Part shown: positions 27,746 through 36,625 of the stretch, in pieces
How positions within the stretch are numbered: the first letter of the stretch is position 1
Layout: each line of letters opens with the position of its first letter
Assembly (NCBI GenBank): GCA_044341565.1
Contig: JBIIRM010000005.1
Coordinates: 882-64,881, forward strand
DNA: 64,000 nucleotides
Direction: 5' to 3'
From: Minisyncoccia bacterium
GTDB taxonomy: Bacteria; Patescibacteriota; Minisyncoccia; SW-4-49-11
Translations under genes and position numbers: made by a program
Notes under the pieces: model-generated
What the model was told of the DNA's origin: nothing
The model's database searches: none
The model's input: the letters and a program-made list of their open reading frames with translations, nothing else

Positions 27746-27952
27746 TATTTCTCTATTATGACTGAAATTAAAAAAACAATATTATTAAGCTTTATCTTAT
27801 TTGTATTGATAGCTATTATGTTTATTGCACAATACTCACAACTATAATAATTTAAAAGAAAATTAAGGATATATCTGGTATTATAGCTTGACTTTTACCT
27901 CATTTCCTGTTAGTGTTTCAAAGCATACTCTTCGGGGTATCGTTCTTTCACA

Positions 27953-29158
27953 ATGGAGCATTTAACCATGTCTGCTCAGACACGTGTTGAGAGATTTTTT
28001 GATAAGGCAGGAGTTGACCAAACCTTTATTACTGCAACTTCTAATTTTTATAAAGCTTTCAATGGACGGTTCACCCTTGGAATGGGTGAATCTTATATCA
28101 ATGGCAGTTTTGCGATTGGCGATGAGAATCTCATCGCAATGTTCACCAAGATTTTTGCAAGCTTGAATGGATTCTTGCGGGGAGATGATTATGCGGGGTT
28201 TAGCTCACTGGGATTTTATCGGCTGTATCAGCTGATGAATGCCACCCAAATGATCAATTGGCAGTACATTCGTGCAAAGTATTTTGCGGATATTCACTAT
28301 GAGCTACCTCATCAGCTTTTTGTCCAGATGCTTGGCCCCTCTCGGGCTTATAGCTCTGGGTATTGGCCAGAAGGGGTGGAGACTCTAGACCAAGCCCAGG
28401 ATGCCAAGTTTGACTTGATTATCCGCAAGCTTGGCTTAGAAGCTGGCGACACCGTCCTCGACTTCGGTTGTGGGGCGGGTAGTTTTGGCAGATATGCAGG
28501 ATCTCGCGGTATTCGAGTCGTTGGACTCAATATCTGCCAGGAGCAACTCGCTTATGCTCGAGCTCACAATGACCAAGAAGTTACTGCCATTTACCTTGAT
28601 TTTAATTTGGTAACACAAAGTGTTGCTGAGTTACAATCAATTCTCAAACCCTATGGGATTGAGAACTTTGATGCTGTGACCTTTATTGGCTCGATTGAGC
28701 ATGTGGGGTGGAAGAATTATGATTCCCTCTATCGCAAACTCAATCAGCTTATGAATCCTACGGGACGGATTCTCTGCCATGTTATTGGATCCTATATTCC
28801 ATTACCGGTGGCCGATCCCTATATCATGACCAAGATTTTCCCTGACTCGCAGCTTGCTGTGAACAGTGAAATGACAAGGGCAACTGAGAAGGCTGGTTTC
28901 CAGCTAATGGATTGGCATAACCTGGAAACAGGTATTCACTCCTATGCCAAGACACTGAGAGCTTGGCTTAACAACTTCCAAACCAACTGGGAAACTATCA
29001 AGCCCTCTATGCCTCACAAAGATAAGGAAGCCTTTTACAGGGAATGGGTATTCTACCTAATGCTCTGTATTGGAGCCTTCGAGTCTGACTTTGTCAATGT
29101 TGGACACTATGTGTTCCGCAAGACTGCAGACACTCGCCCATTCACTCCAGCCCGCTAA
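27953..29158 (+). CDS. Cyclopropane-fatty-acyl-phospholipid synthase-like SAM-dependent methyltransferase
   Basis: CFAS/mycolic-acid-synthase family layout with SAM motif I VLDFGCGAGSFGRYAG. GC is elevated (up to ~50% in the 3' half). Confidence 0.7.
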   Translation: MEHLTMSAQTRVERFFDKAGVDQTFITATSNFYKAFNGRFTLGMGESYINGSFAIGDENLIAMFTKIFASLNGFLRGDDYAGFSSLGFYRLYQLMNATQMINWQYIRAKYFADIHYELPHQLFVQMLGPSRAYSSGYWPEGVETLDQAQDAKFDLIIRKLGLEAGDTVLDFGCGAGSFGRYAGSRGIRVVGLNICQEQLAYARAHNDQEVTAIYLDFNLVTQSVAELQSILKPYGIENFDAVTFIGSIEHVGWKNYDSLYRKLNQLMNPTGRILCHVIGSYIPLPVADPYIMTKIFPDSQLAVNSEMTRATEKAGFQLMDWHNLETGIHSYAKTLRAWLNNFQTNWETIKPSMPHKDKEAFYREWVFYLMLCIGAFESDFVNVGHYVFRKTADTRPFTPAR

Positions 29159-29171
29159 ATCAATCACTCAT

Positions 29172-29197
29172 AAGGAAGCATTTCGCTTCCTTTTTTA
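29172..29197 (+). terminator. Rho-independent terminator after the methyltransferase gene
   Basis: aaggaagc-atttc-gcttcctt followed by ttttttatt. Confidence 0.65.
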
Positions 29198-29266
29198 TTA
29201 CTCTTGTTATTTTACTCATAATATATTATGATAAAGCCGTTGTGAAAATAATAATATACTAAATAT

Positions 29267-29626
29267 ATGAAAAATTTGGGTATAGAGATTGTAGGAGATC
29301 TCAAAGGTATTGATAAAGAATTTTTAACTCATATTAATAGTGATGAAATTCAGGCTGAGATTTCTCGACTTATTACTCATTATGGATTCAATGAGCTGGG
29401 AAACTATTATCATTCTTTTGAACCAGGTCTTACAGCTGCTGTAGCGCTTGCTGAATCTCATGTTACCTTTCATACTTGGCCGGAATTTGGATATGTAAGC
29501 TTGAATGTTTTTACCTGTAATTATACTAAGGATAATGATGATAATGCTAAAGCTTTATTTGATGATATTGCCTCCCTATTCCGAGCAGAGAATATAGATA
29601 AACAAATTATTTTACGCAATCATTAG
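29267..29626 (+). CDS. speH: S-adenosylmethionine decarboxylase proenzyme (small, SpeH/SpeD class 1)
   Basis: Pyruvoyl self-cleavage motif AESHVTFHTWPE in a 119-aa protein. Confidence 0.85.
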   Translation: MKNLGIEIVGDLKGIDKEFLTHINSDEIQAEISRLITHYGFNELGNYYHSFEPGLTAAVALAESHVTFHTWPEFGYVSLNVFTCNYTKDNDDNAKALFDDIASLFRAENIDKQIILRNH

Positions 29627-29679
29627 AAATAAAAAAGCCCCCGACAAATGCCGGGAGCTGAGTGGAAGGGCAAAAGCCC

Positions 29680-29943
29680 TTATTGTTTGTGAACCTTCCC
29701 AGGTAGTGAAGGGTTGGGGTTGGTCGGATCCACACCCAACAGCGCCGGCCCAGTTAGGGCTGCAAGGCCCACAACCAAAAGACCTAGCAACACCTTCTTG
29801 AAGGGTGAGCGACGATCCTGACGAGGAGGGAGAGGGGGATCGAGAACAACTCGATCCACTTTGAGGTTACCCCCTTTGAGAAAAGGGGGAAGCTCAGGCC
29901 CCACTCGGGCAACATTGAGAAAGGCGGGAAGTTCAGGTGCCAT
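29680..29943 (-). CDS. Hypothetical proline-rich small membrane protein encoded in a GC-rich patch
   Basis: 87-aa ORF (~55% GC) with one TM helix. A minus-strand hairpin plus T-run (29638..29668) lies just downstream. Coding status is uncertain because GC-rich DNA yields long ORFs by chance. Confidence 0.3.
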   Translation of the reverse strand: MAPELPAFLNVARVGPELPPFLKGGNLKVDRVVLDPPLPPRQDRRSPFKKVLLGLLVVGLAALTGPALLGVDPTNPNPSLPGKVHKQ

Positions 29944-30065
29944 TGAATGAACAAAACAATGTATTTCAAAAAAAATTATACCACAAAAACCCTATTTTGT
30001 CAATATACAATAACATTATTTTAACATATGCTTGCGAATTTTACTGGAAAAGGTATACTATCTTT

Positions 30066-31220
30066 ATGAATATATTACCCCCTTTGCGCTATATTAAATC
30101 TTTATTCTCTGCCCGTATAAGCCCATTGATTACGGTACATATTGATGGGGCGGACTTATTACATAATTTGAGAGAATATAGACAAGCCTATCCAGATATA
30201 CAATTTGCACCTGTACTCAAAAGCAATGCCTATGGACATGGACTAATCCCTATTGCTCGTATATTAGATAACGAGAATATTCCTTTTTTGATTGTCGACT
30301 CTTATTATGAGGCTTTGACCCTGCGGCAAAATGATATCAAATCCCCTATTCTAATTATTGGGTATATTGCTCCTGAAATTATCAAAAAATCTCGGATCAA
30401 AAATGTATATTTCACCGTGACAAGTCTAGCCCAATTGCAGAGAATTGATGATATTATTCGCCACCCCATATCTATACATCTCAAAATCGATACTGGAATG
30501 CATAGACAAGGTTTATTGCCGACTGAAATTCATCAAGCTATTACTATTATTAAAAAGAATTCCTCTATACAATTACAAGGTATATGCTCTCATCTGGCTG
30601 ATGCGGATAGCAAGAGACGCAAATATAATAAAGCTCAATTAGAGCAATGGGAGCAAAGTATTCAATTTTTTAAAACGACTTTTCCTAATCTCAAGTATTA
30701 TCATATATCTGCTAGTGCTGGGCTTATACATACGGCTAAATCTCATCATAATCTCGCTCGATTAGGTTTAGGATTATATGGAATTAGTATTATTGAAAAT
30801 AATAAACTCTCATTAAAACCTGCTCTCAAACTCACCTCTATTATTAGTGGGATAAAAGTTATTAAAAAAGGAGATGCCGTTGGATATAATAATACCTTTA
30901 TTGCCAAAAATGATATGTTAATCGCGACTATACCCGCTGGTTATGCTGAGGGAGTCGATCGCAGATTATCTAATATCGGGCAGGTAGAGATAGACGGAAC
31001 TTTATGCCCTATTATTGGGCGAGTAAGTATGAATATTACCACTATTGATATTACACATATACCTAATATTCAAATTGGGGATATAGTGACTCTTATCAGC
31101 AATGACAATTCCTCCCCTATTTCTGCCAATGCTATCGCTAAAATATGCGATACTATTCCCTATGAAATTCTGATACATATTCCAGGGTATTTGCACCGAG
31201 AGATCATTAAAATAAAATAA
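30066..31220 (+). CDS. alr: Alanine racemase
   Basis: PLP-lysine motif PVLKSNAYGHGL and the C-terminal domain. Start taken at MNILPPLRY (30066) rather than the track ORF start at 29937. Confidence 0.85.
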   Translation: MNILPPLRYIKSLFSARISPLITVHIDGADLLHNLREYRQAYPDIQFAPVLKSNAYGHGLIPIARILDNENIPFLIVDSYYEALTLRQNDIKSPILIIGYIAPEIIKKSRIKNVYFTVTSLAQLQRIDDIIRHPISIHLKIDTGMHRQGLLPTEIHQAITIIKKNSSIQLQGICSHLADADSKRRKYNKAQLEQWEQSIQFFKTTFPNLKYYHISASAGLIHTAKSHHNLARLGLGLYGISIIENNKLSLKPALKLTSIISGIKVIKKGDAVGYNNTFIAKNDMLIATIPAGYAEGVDRRLSNIGQVEIDGTLCPIIGRVSMNITTIDITHIPNIQIGDIVTLISNDNSSPISANAIAKICDTIPYEILIHIPGYLHREIIKIK

Positions 31221-31475
31221 TATTGAAATTGCATATAGGATATGATAAAGTAAAAAGGAATTTGAACTTTAGGTATGACCACACCTCCCTCAGGCTATGT
31301 ACATCTTACCGATGTTCCCCATACTGAATTGAGCTCCCGACTTAACTCTTGGGAAACCGCATTACCAGGGACACCAAGATCCGATGGGACAACCCCCATT
31401 TTTGTCCAGGATTCAGAATTCACTCAATGGAAGTCTCTGCAATGCGACTCCACCCGCTAACCACAATACCACCCA

Positions 31476-31510
31476 AAGCCCCGCCAATGATGGGGCTTTT
31501 CCACATTTTT
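31476..31510 (+). terminator. Candidate rho-independent terminator closing a GC-elevated intergenic transcript
   Basis: aagcccc-gccaatgat-ggggctt followed by ttccacattttt. Confidence 0.4.
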
Positions 31511-31533
31511 AGGGCAATACTTTTCCCCTTCTC

Positions 31534-32514
31534 TTAGTTTGCAATATATTTTTTATTAATATTAACTGAGGCATACCCAAGTCCAATAAATACAAATCCC
31601 AGAAAAACAAGTGATATTGGCCAACCAAGTGAATCTGCAAAATACTCCCCTGTAATATACGAAATATGAGCAATAAGGAAAAGAGTACTTATAATAAGAA
31701 TACTACGACTTTTCAGATATACCGATAGGGCGACACCTCCAAGCACAATAATAAAGTAGAATAGTTGCCACAAGCCCGAATCAAAAACTTGTAAAAATGC
31801 AGCGCCAAGAAATCCAATAATACCAAAGAAATGAAGTATTCCAATAAGTGGTTTATTCCAGCCATCACGAAAAGCATATGCTAATAACAAGTAACTTAGA
31901 CCTATTATCATAGTTATATATTCATATACATTTTGATAGCTATAGTATTGTTGGTCCAAAATAGCTCCTACAGCAAAATATACAGAGGCTGTACCATTTA
32001 CTATTGCAAAAAGAGTCAAGACAGGACTTTTATGTACAGAGTTTAGGGATAGATAGGCTATAAAAATAACTCCAAATGTAATCGCAACAGGCCATAAGGA
32101 AACCGCCTCATTACTTAATTCTGAAAGTGTAACAAGTGCCCCACCGGGAATTAATAACCCCCCAATGGCATGAAAGGCATTTCCTATATTATCATTTGGT
32201 TTATTCTTGAGTAAGGTTGAACCGATAGCAGTAATTAATATTCCAAGACCTAAAGTTACTACTATGCGTCCAAAAGATCCAATATCATCCCAAATTTGAG
32301 AAACAAAAATAATAATACCGATAATCACAATAGCTGCTCCCAGAACATAAAGCATTTTTGTTATAGAAAAAGAAGTGAATTTATTGGCTTTTTCTGGTGC
32401 ATCTATACGTTGTGATGTAGGGATAAGATTAAAACGAGTTGTTATTTCTTCAGGACCTATTTCTCCTGCACTTAATTTACGAGAAAGCTCTTGTAATAAT
32501 TCTTCTTTATTCAT
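31534..32514 (-). CDS. Hypothetical polytopic membrane protein
   Basis: 326 aa with about 9 TM helices after a soluble N-terminal segment. Confidence 0.5.
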   Translation of the reverse strand: MNKEELLQELSRKLSAGEIGPEEITTRFNLIPTSQRIDAPEKANKFTSFSITKMLYVLGAAIVIIGIIIFVSQIWDDIGSFGRIVVTLGLGILITAIGSTLLKNKPNDNIGNAFHAIGGLLIPGGALVTLSELSNEAVSLWPVAITFGVIFIAYLSLNSVHKSPVLTLFAIVNGTASVYFAVGAILDQQYYSYQNVYEYITMIIGLSYLLLAYAFRDGWNKPLIGILHFFGIIGFLGAAFLQVFDSGLWQLFYFIIVLGGVALSVYLKSRSILIISTLFLIAHISYITGEYFADSLGWPISLVFLGFVFIGLGYASVNINKKYIAN

Positions 32515-32536
32515 AAAAGCAAATAAGTATTAATAA

Positions 32537-33121
32537 TTAATTTCTTCCAGGTAATACCCAGCCGATAAACTGGAAATTATCTCGAGAATAATACTGGTCA
32601 GGATTATTTATAAGGTTTAATTTTTCTCTACTATTTCCTTTTGTAAGATAATATCCATAAGAGGAAGAGTTTCCACCAAAAATAAAGAAGCTACTGCCTC
32701 CACTATAGTTACCCGTGACAGCAACCCCATCAGGTGATGATAAAAAATTATTTAGTGTAAGAGTCTGAGCTTCTTCAAAGGTTATTTCTCTACTTTCATT
32801 TTTTTCTGTATCATGTAAGAAGATTCGAACAGTATAATTTTCATTAATATCTAGTATTTTATCATTATCTGAATCTAAGGTTGAATCTATATTATTGATA
32901 ATCATTTTATTATTTACAACAGAGTAACGTTTTTGGGGGTAATTATTACAATTATATTGATCATAACTACTTATCCCATCAGTACATATTGTATAGACAA
33001 AATTATATTTAGTTGATAAAAAAAGTGACGGAAGATAGATGCTCAAAGCCACTCCAACTATTAATAAAATTGGTAATGTAAAAGCAAGTAGTATTACGAT
33101 ATTCTGTTTTATAAATTTCAT
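32537..33121 (-). CDS. Hypothetical secreted protein with N-terminal TM anchor
   Basis: Start taken at MKFIKQNIVILLAF (33121); the track ORF extends to 33178. Confidence 0.45.
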   Translation of the reverse strand: MKFIKQNIVILLAFTLPILLIVGVALSIYLPSLFLSTKYNFVYTICTDGISSYDQYNCNNYPQKRYSVVNNKMIINNIDSTLDSDNDKILDINENYTVRIFLHDTEKNESREITFEEAQTLTLNNFLSSPDGVAVTGNYSGGSSFFIFGGNSSSYGYYLTKGNSREKLNLINNPDQYYSRDNFQFIGWVLPGRN

Positions 33122-33194
33122 ATCTTTATTATATACTATATATATTACAATAATATCATAGTATATAAATGATAACAATATAAGGAGAAGCTAA

Positions 33195-33872
33195 TTAAGA
33201 CAATACTTCTAATAATTTTTGTTCGCTGAGTTTACGATATCCTCCTTCTGGGATATCGTTTAATTCTATATGTCCAATGCGTATTCTCAGTAAATCTAAT
33301 ACATTATATCTCAGAGCCCTCGCCATACGCCGTATTTGCCTATTCTTGCCCTCAGTTAGGGTTATCTTGATTGTGTCATTACTCATACGCTTGATTCGAC
33401 AGGGTTTGGTATGATAGCCGGTATCAATTTTGACCCCTTCTCTTAATTTTTCTATATCAGCTTGAGAAATAGGGCGATTCAATGTCACTATATAATCTTT
33501 TTCCATTTGAACTTTTGGCTCTAGGAGCTTTTTGGTAATACGCCCATCATTGGTAAGTATAATGAGTCCTCGAGAATCTTTATCTAATCTTCCAACTGGG
33601 AAGACATCATCTCCAAAATCGGTAATATCTTGTATAGATTTTTCTCCTTCTTGGGGGCTGTGGGATACGATTCCAACTGGCTTATGATAGGCATAATATT
33701 TGTATTGCTTCTCATATCCTATTATTTCTACTTTATCCCCTTCTTTGATATCTACACCAAGTTCAGCGACAATATCATTGACGAAAACTTTTCCCTCTTG
33801 AATTAATCTATCTGCCTCACGCCGAGAACAAATATCTTGATCGGCTAAATACTTATTAATTCGCATATACAC
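33195..33872 (-). CDS. Pseudouridine synthase, RsuA/RluB family (S4 domain + catalytic domain)
   Basis: N-terminal S4 domain (MRINKYLADQDICSRREADRLI) and the catalytic Asp motif GRLDKDSRGLIILTNDG. Confidence 0.85.
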   Translation of the reverse strand: MYMRINKYLADQDICSRREADRLIQEGKVFVNDIVAELGVDIKEGDKVEIIGYEKQYKYYAYHKPVGIVSHSPQEGEKSIQDITDFGDDVFPVGRLDKDSRGLIILTNDGRITKKLLEPKVQMEKDYIVTLNRPISQADIEKLREGVKIDTGYHTKPCRIKRMSNDTIKITLTEGKNRQIRRMARALRYNVLDLLRIRIGHIELNDIPEGGYRKLSEQKLLEVLS

Positions 33873-33960
33873 TCTTATTATATGCCCTATACTAACATGC
33901 TTTTGAAATTTACGGAATAGTATGATAGATTATATATAGTACTAAATAAATATACATACT

Positions 33961-34794
33961 ATGCAAATTGAGCCTGGTACTTCTCCAAAACATCGCTATG
34001 AATTAATCAAAGCTACTCTTCTTGTTATTGTTGGTGCTCTTATTACTATTACGATAGTATATGGAGTACCCTATTTCTCTCCTAAGGAAGTAGCCGATCC
34101 TATTGAGCCTGTTGTTTCAGTTCCTGAAGTAAAGCCAACTCCTGTTGTAGAAAATACTACCATTCCTACCACTCCTGAAGCACCTACAGAGAAGGTTTAT
34201 ACTCAGGAAGAACTTAATACTATTTTTGAGATAGATAAGAAAAAAGCTGGTACTAAACTCTTTTATTCTCCTACATTAGGTGTTGGGTTTACGTATGCTC
34301 CTCTAGAAGAAGATCCAAAGTCAAGAGTATTATCTATTAAGGAAAAAACCTCCAAGATTGCTATCGTTGACCAATATTCAGGGCAACTAGGAGATAAGGT
34401 TTTCGAATACGCAAATATAGAAGTATTTACAAAAGATCCTAAAGATAATCTCGAGCAAGCTATTAGTAAAGAATTTTTGAAAGGTGTTGATTCTAAAAAA
34501 TGTTTTGCTAAGAAATATACTGATGGAGATTCATCTGGAAAACAGTTCGAAGGATACATATATGCTGAGATATCTTATGCTCCTACTCCTGGATCAGATG
34601 CTGTCATAAATAATGGTATTGAAAATTGTCCAAAGAAAGTACAAACCTATGCTACAACAAATGCAGTTCAATTCTTTTTAGAAGATCCCAAAATACCGTC
34701 TAAGTATGTATTCCTACGTCTTGGGCAAGAAGCTTTCGCTTCCTCGGGGACTGGAAATGACCTCTGGGAAAGGTCTCTAAGAATATTAAAGTAA
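33961..34794 (+). CDS. Hypothetical secreted protein (N-terminal TM anchor)
   Basis: 277 aa, with a Pro/Thr-rich linker after the anchor. Confidence 0.5.
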   Translation: MQIEPGTSPKHRYELIKATLLVIVGALITITIVYGVPYFSPKEVADPIEPVVSVPEVKPTPVVENTTIPTTPEAPTEKVYTQEELNTIFEIDKKKAGTKLFYSPTLGVGFTYAPLEEDPKSRVLSIKEKTSKIAIVDQYSGQLGDKVFEYANIEVFTKDPKDNLEQAISKEFLKGVDSKKCFAKKYTDGDSSGKQFEGYIYAEISYAPTPGSDAVINNGIENCPKKVQTYATTNAVQFFLEDPKIPSKYVFLRLGQEAFASSGTGNDLWERSLRILK

Positions 34795-34806
34795 ATCTTA
34801 GCTACT

Positions 34807-34838
34807 AAAAAAGGGAGCTGCCACTCCCTTTTTTGTTT
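34807..34838. terminator. Bidirectional rho-independent terminator
   Basis: aaaaaagggag-ctgcca-ctcccttttttgtttt, between convergent genes. Confidence 0.7.
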
Positions 34839-34859
34839 TATCTTAGAAAATATCACTCC

Positions 34860-36623
34860 CTAACTTCTCCCCTCTTGGTTTTGTATCAGATTGAGAGCTG
34901 TGTCAAAATCTTCAGCTGGAGTTAACATTCCCCCACTAATAAAGAATATTTGATCTGCTTTTTTGATAGTATTAAGTCTATGGGCGATAATAACTTTGGT
35001 AGTTGTATCTGGTAATTGAGATAATATTGATTGAAGATTTTGCTCAGTTACCGTATCTATATTGGCTGTGGCCTCATCGAGAATAAGGAGTTCTGGTTCT
35101 CGGAGGAGAGTACGAATAAAGGAAATAATTTGTTTTTGCCCAATACTAATACCATTATTCTCTATAATAGTCTCTATACCATTATCAAAAGTATCCATAA
35201 GCTCAGTCAAATTATGAGATTTGAGTTTGTCTAATAATTCCTCATCACTACTATTGAGCAATTCACTATTACCATATCTAAGATTATCTCCTATTGTACC
35301 AGTGAATAGGAATGGCTCTTGGAGAATAAATCCAATACTATTGGTTCGCTCTTCTTCAGTATAACTTCTAATATCTCTATTTTTGAGCTCTATAATACCT
35401 TGTTGAGGATCATATAATCTTGCCATTAATGAGGCTGTGGTACTTTTACCTCCTCCAGTTGGTCCGACTAAAGCATAGGTTTTTCCTTTTTCTAAAACAA
35501 AGCTCATATTATGAATAATCATATCTTCATCATATCCGAAAGATATATCTTTGAATGCTAATAATTCATTTGATTTGTTTTCACTATTATCATTCGCTTC
35601 TTCTATAATAAGATTAGATTCAAGTGAGATAATTTCTCTTACTCGAGTCCAAGCTGCCAGAGCCCCTTGAAGACTTCCTACAATAGAACCTAATATTCTT
35701 AATGGCTCAAAGAATTTCTGAGCATAGGCGAGAAATCCAATTAATAATCCTATAGTGATTGATCCTGCTAAAATAAATCGAATACCTACTATTAATAGAA
35801 TTATTTGCGCTATATTAGCAGTAAAATTATATAATGGTGCTATACCATCATTTAATATATTAGCTTTTATTTTAGACTTATATACTCGCTCACTAATATT
35901 GGTAAAATGATCTTTAAAATAATCTTGTATTTGAAAGGCTACCAAAGCATTAAAATTGGTTAATCCTTCTTGTATTTCAGATGATAAGGCCCCCTGATCT
36001 ACCAGGCTTCCTTTATTAATTCCTTCAATATACGGGGTTGCAATCCGGGTAATGATAATAATACCAGTGGTAAGCAAAAGTACTATACTAGCTAATTGCC
36101 AATTAAGATATAGCATAATAGCTGCGATTCCAATCAAGGAGAAAAACAGTGAAGTGAATCGTAATATACCCTCAGATAAAAATTGATTAATTTTATTGGT
36201 ATCATTATTAATACGAGAAATCAAATCCCCCGCTTTATTACGATTAAAGAAATCAATAGGTAAACTTTGTAGAGATGAGAATACTGTTCCTCTGAGTCGA
36301 AATAATACTCTTTGGGAAACATATCCCATAATTCTTGCCTGTCCATATGCTGCAATTGCTGATATGATAAATAATAATACCAATCCCCCAGACATTATAC
36401 CTAGAGTTTGTATATCTTTATTAGCAATAGGACCATCTATAGCTCTGGTTATAATATAAGGTGTAGCAACACTGGTTCCAATATTGATGAGTACGGTAAA
36501 TACAATGATAACCATATTCCAGCCCTCTCCTATGAAAAGGGGTTTAATGGTTCTCCAAGTATCTGCCAGTGTTGATGGTATTTTGCTTTCAGTGGAATTG
36601 AGTAAATTATATTGGTTCGACAT
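34860..36623 (-). CDS. ABC exporter permease/ATPase fusion (half-transporter), degenerate signature motif
   Basis: 6-TM domain plus NBD. Walker A GPTGGGKST, Walker B LILDEAT, but the signature is ISIGQ instead of LSGGQ. The likely start is the internal Met (track ORF extends to 36650). Confidence 0.8.
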   Translation of the reverse strand: MSNQYNLLNSTESKIPSTLADTWRTIKPLFIGEGWNMVIIVFTVLINIGTSVATPYIITRAIDGPIANKDIQTLGIMSGGLVLLFIISAIAAYGQARIMGYVSQRVLFRLRGTVFSSLQSLPIDFFNRNKAGDLISRINNDTNKINQFLSEGILRFTSLFFSLIGIAAIMLYLNWQLASIVLLLTTGIIIITRIATPYIEGINKGSLVDQGALSSEIQEGLTNFNALVAFQIQDYFKDHFTNISERVYKSKIKANILNDGIAPLYNFTANIAQIILLIVGIRFILAGSITIGLLIGFLAYAQKFFEPLRILGSIVGSLQGALAAWTRVREIISLESNLIIEEANDNSENKSNELLAFKDISFGYDEDMIIHNMSFVLEKGKTYALVGPTGGGKSTTASLMARLYDPQQGIIELKNRDIRSYTEEERTNSIGFILQEPFLFTGTIGDNLRYGNSELLNSSDEELLDKLKSHNLTELMDTFDNGIETIIENNGISIGQKQIISFIRTLLREPELLILDEATANIDTVTEQNLQSILSQLPDTTTKVIIAHRLNTIKKADQIFFISGGMLTPAEDFDTALNLIQNQEGRS

Positions 36624-36625
36624 AT

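Noticed and set aside
31270-31470. SRP RNA / RNase P RNA / tmRNA in the GC-elevated alr-downstream gap
   Set aside because: I could not find the conserved SRP domain IV (GGAAGCAGC-like), RNase P P4 (AGGAAAGTCC / ACAGAAA) or tmRNA tRNA-like end motifs by eye. It is left as an unassigned candidate ncRNA rather than called.
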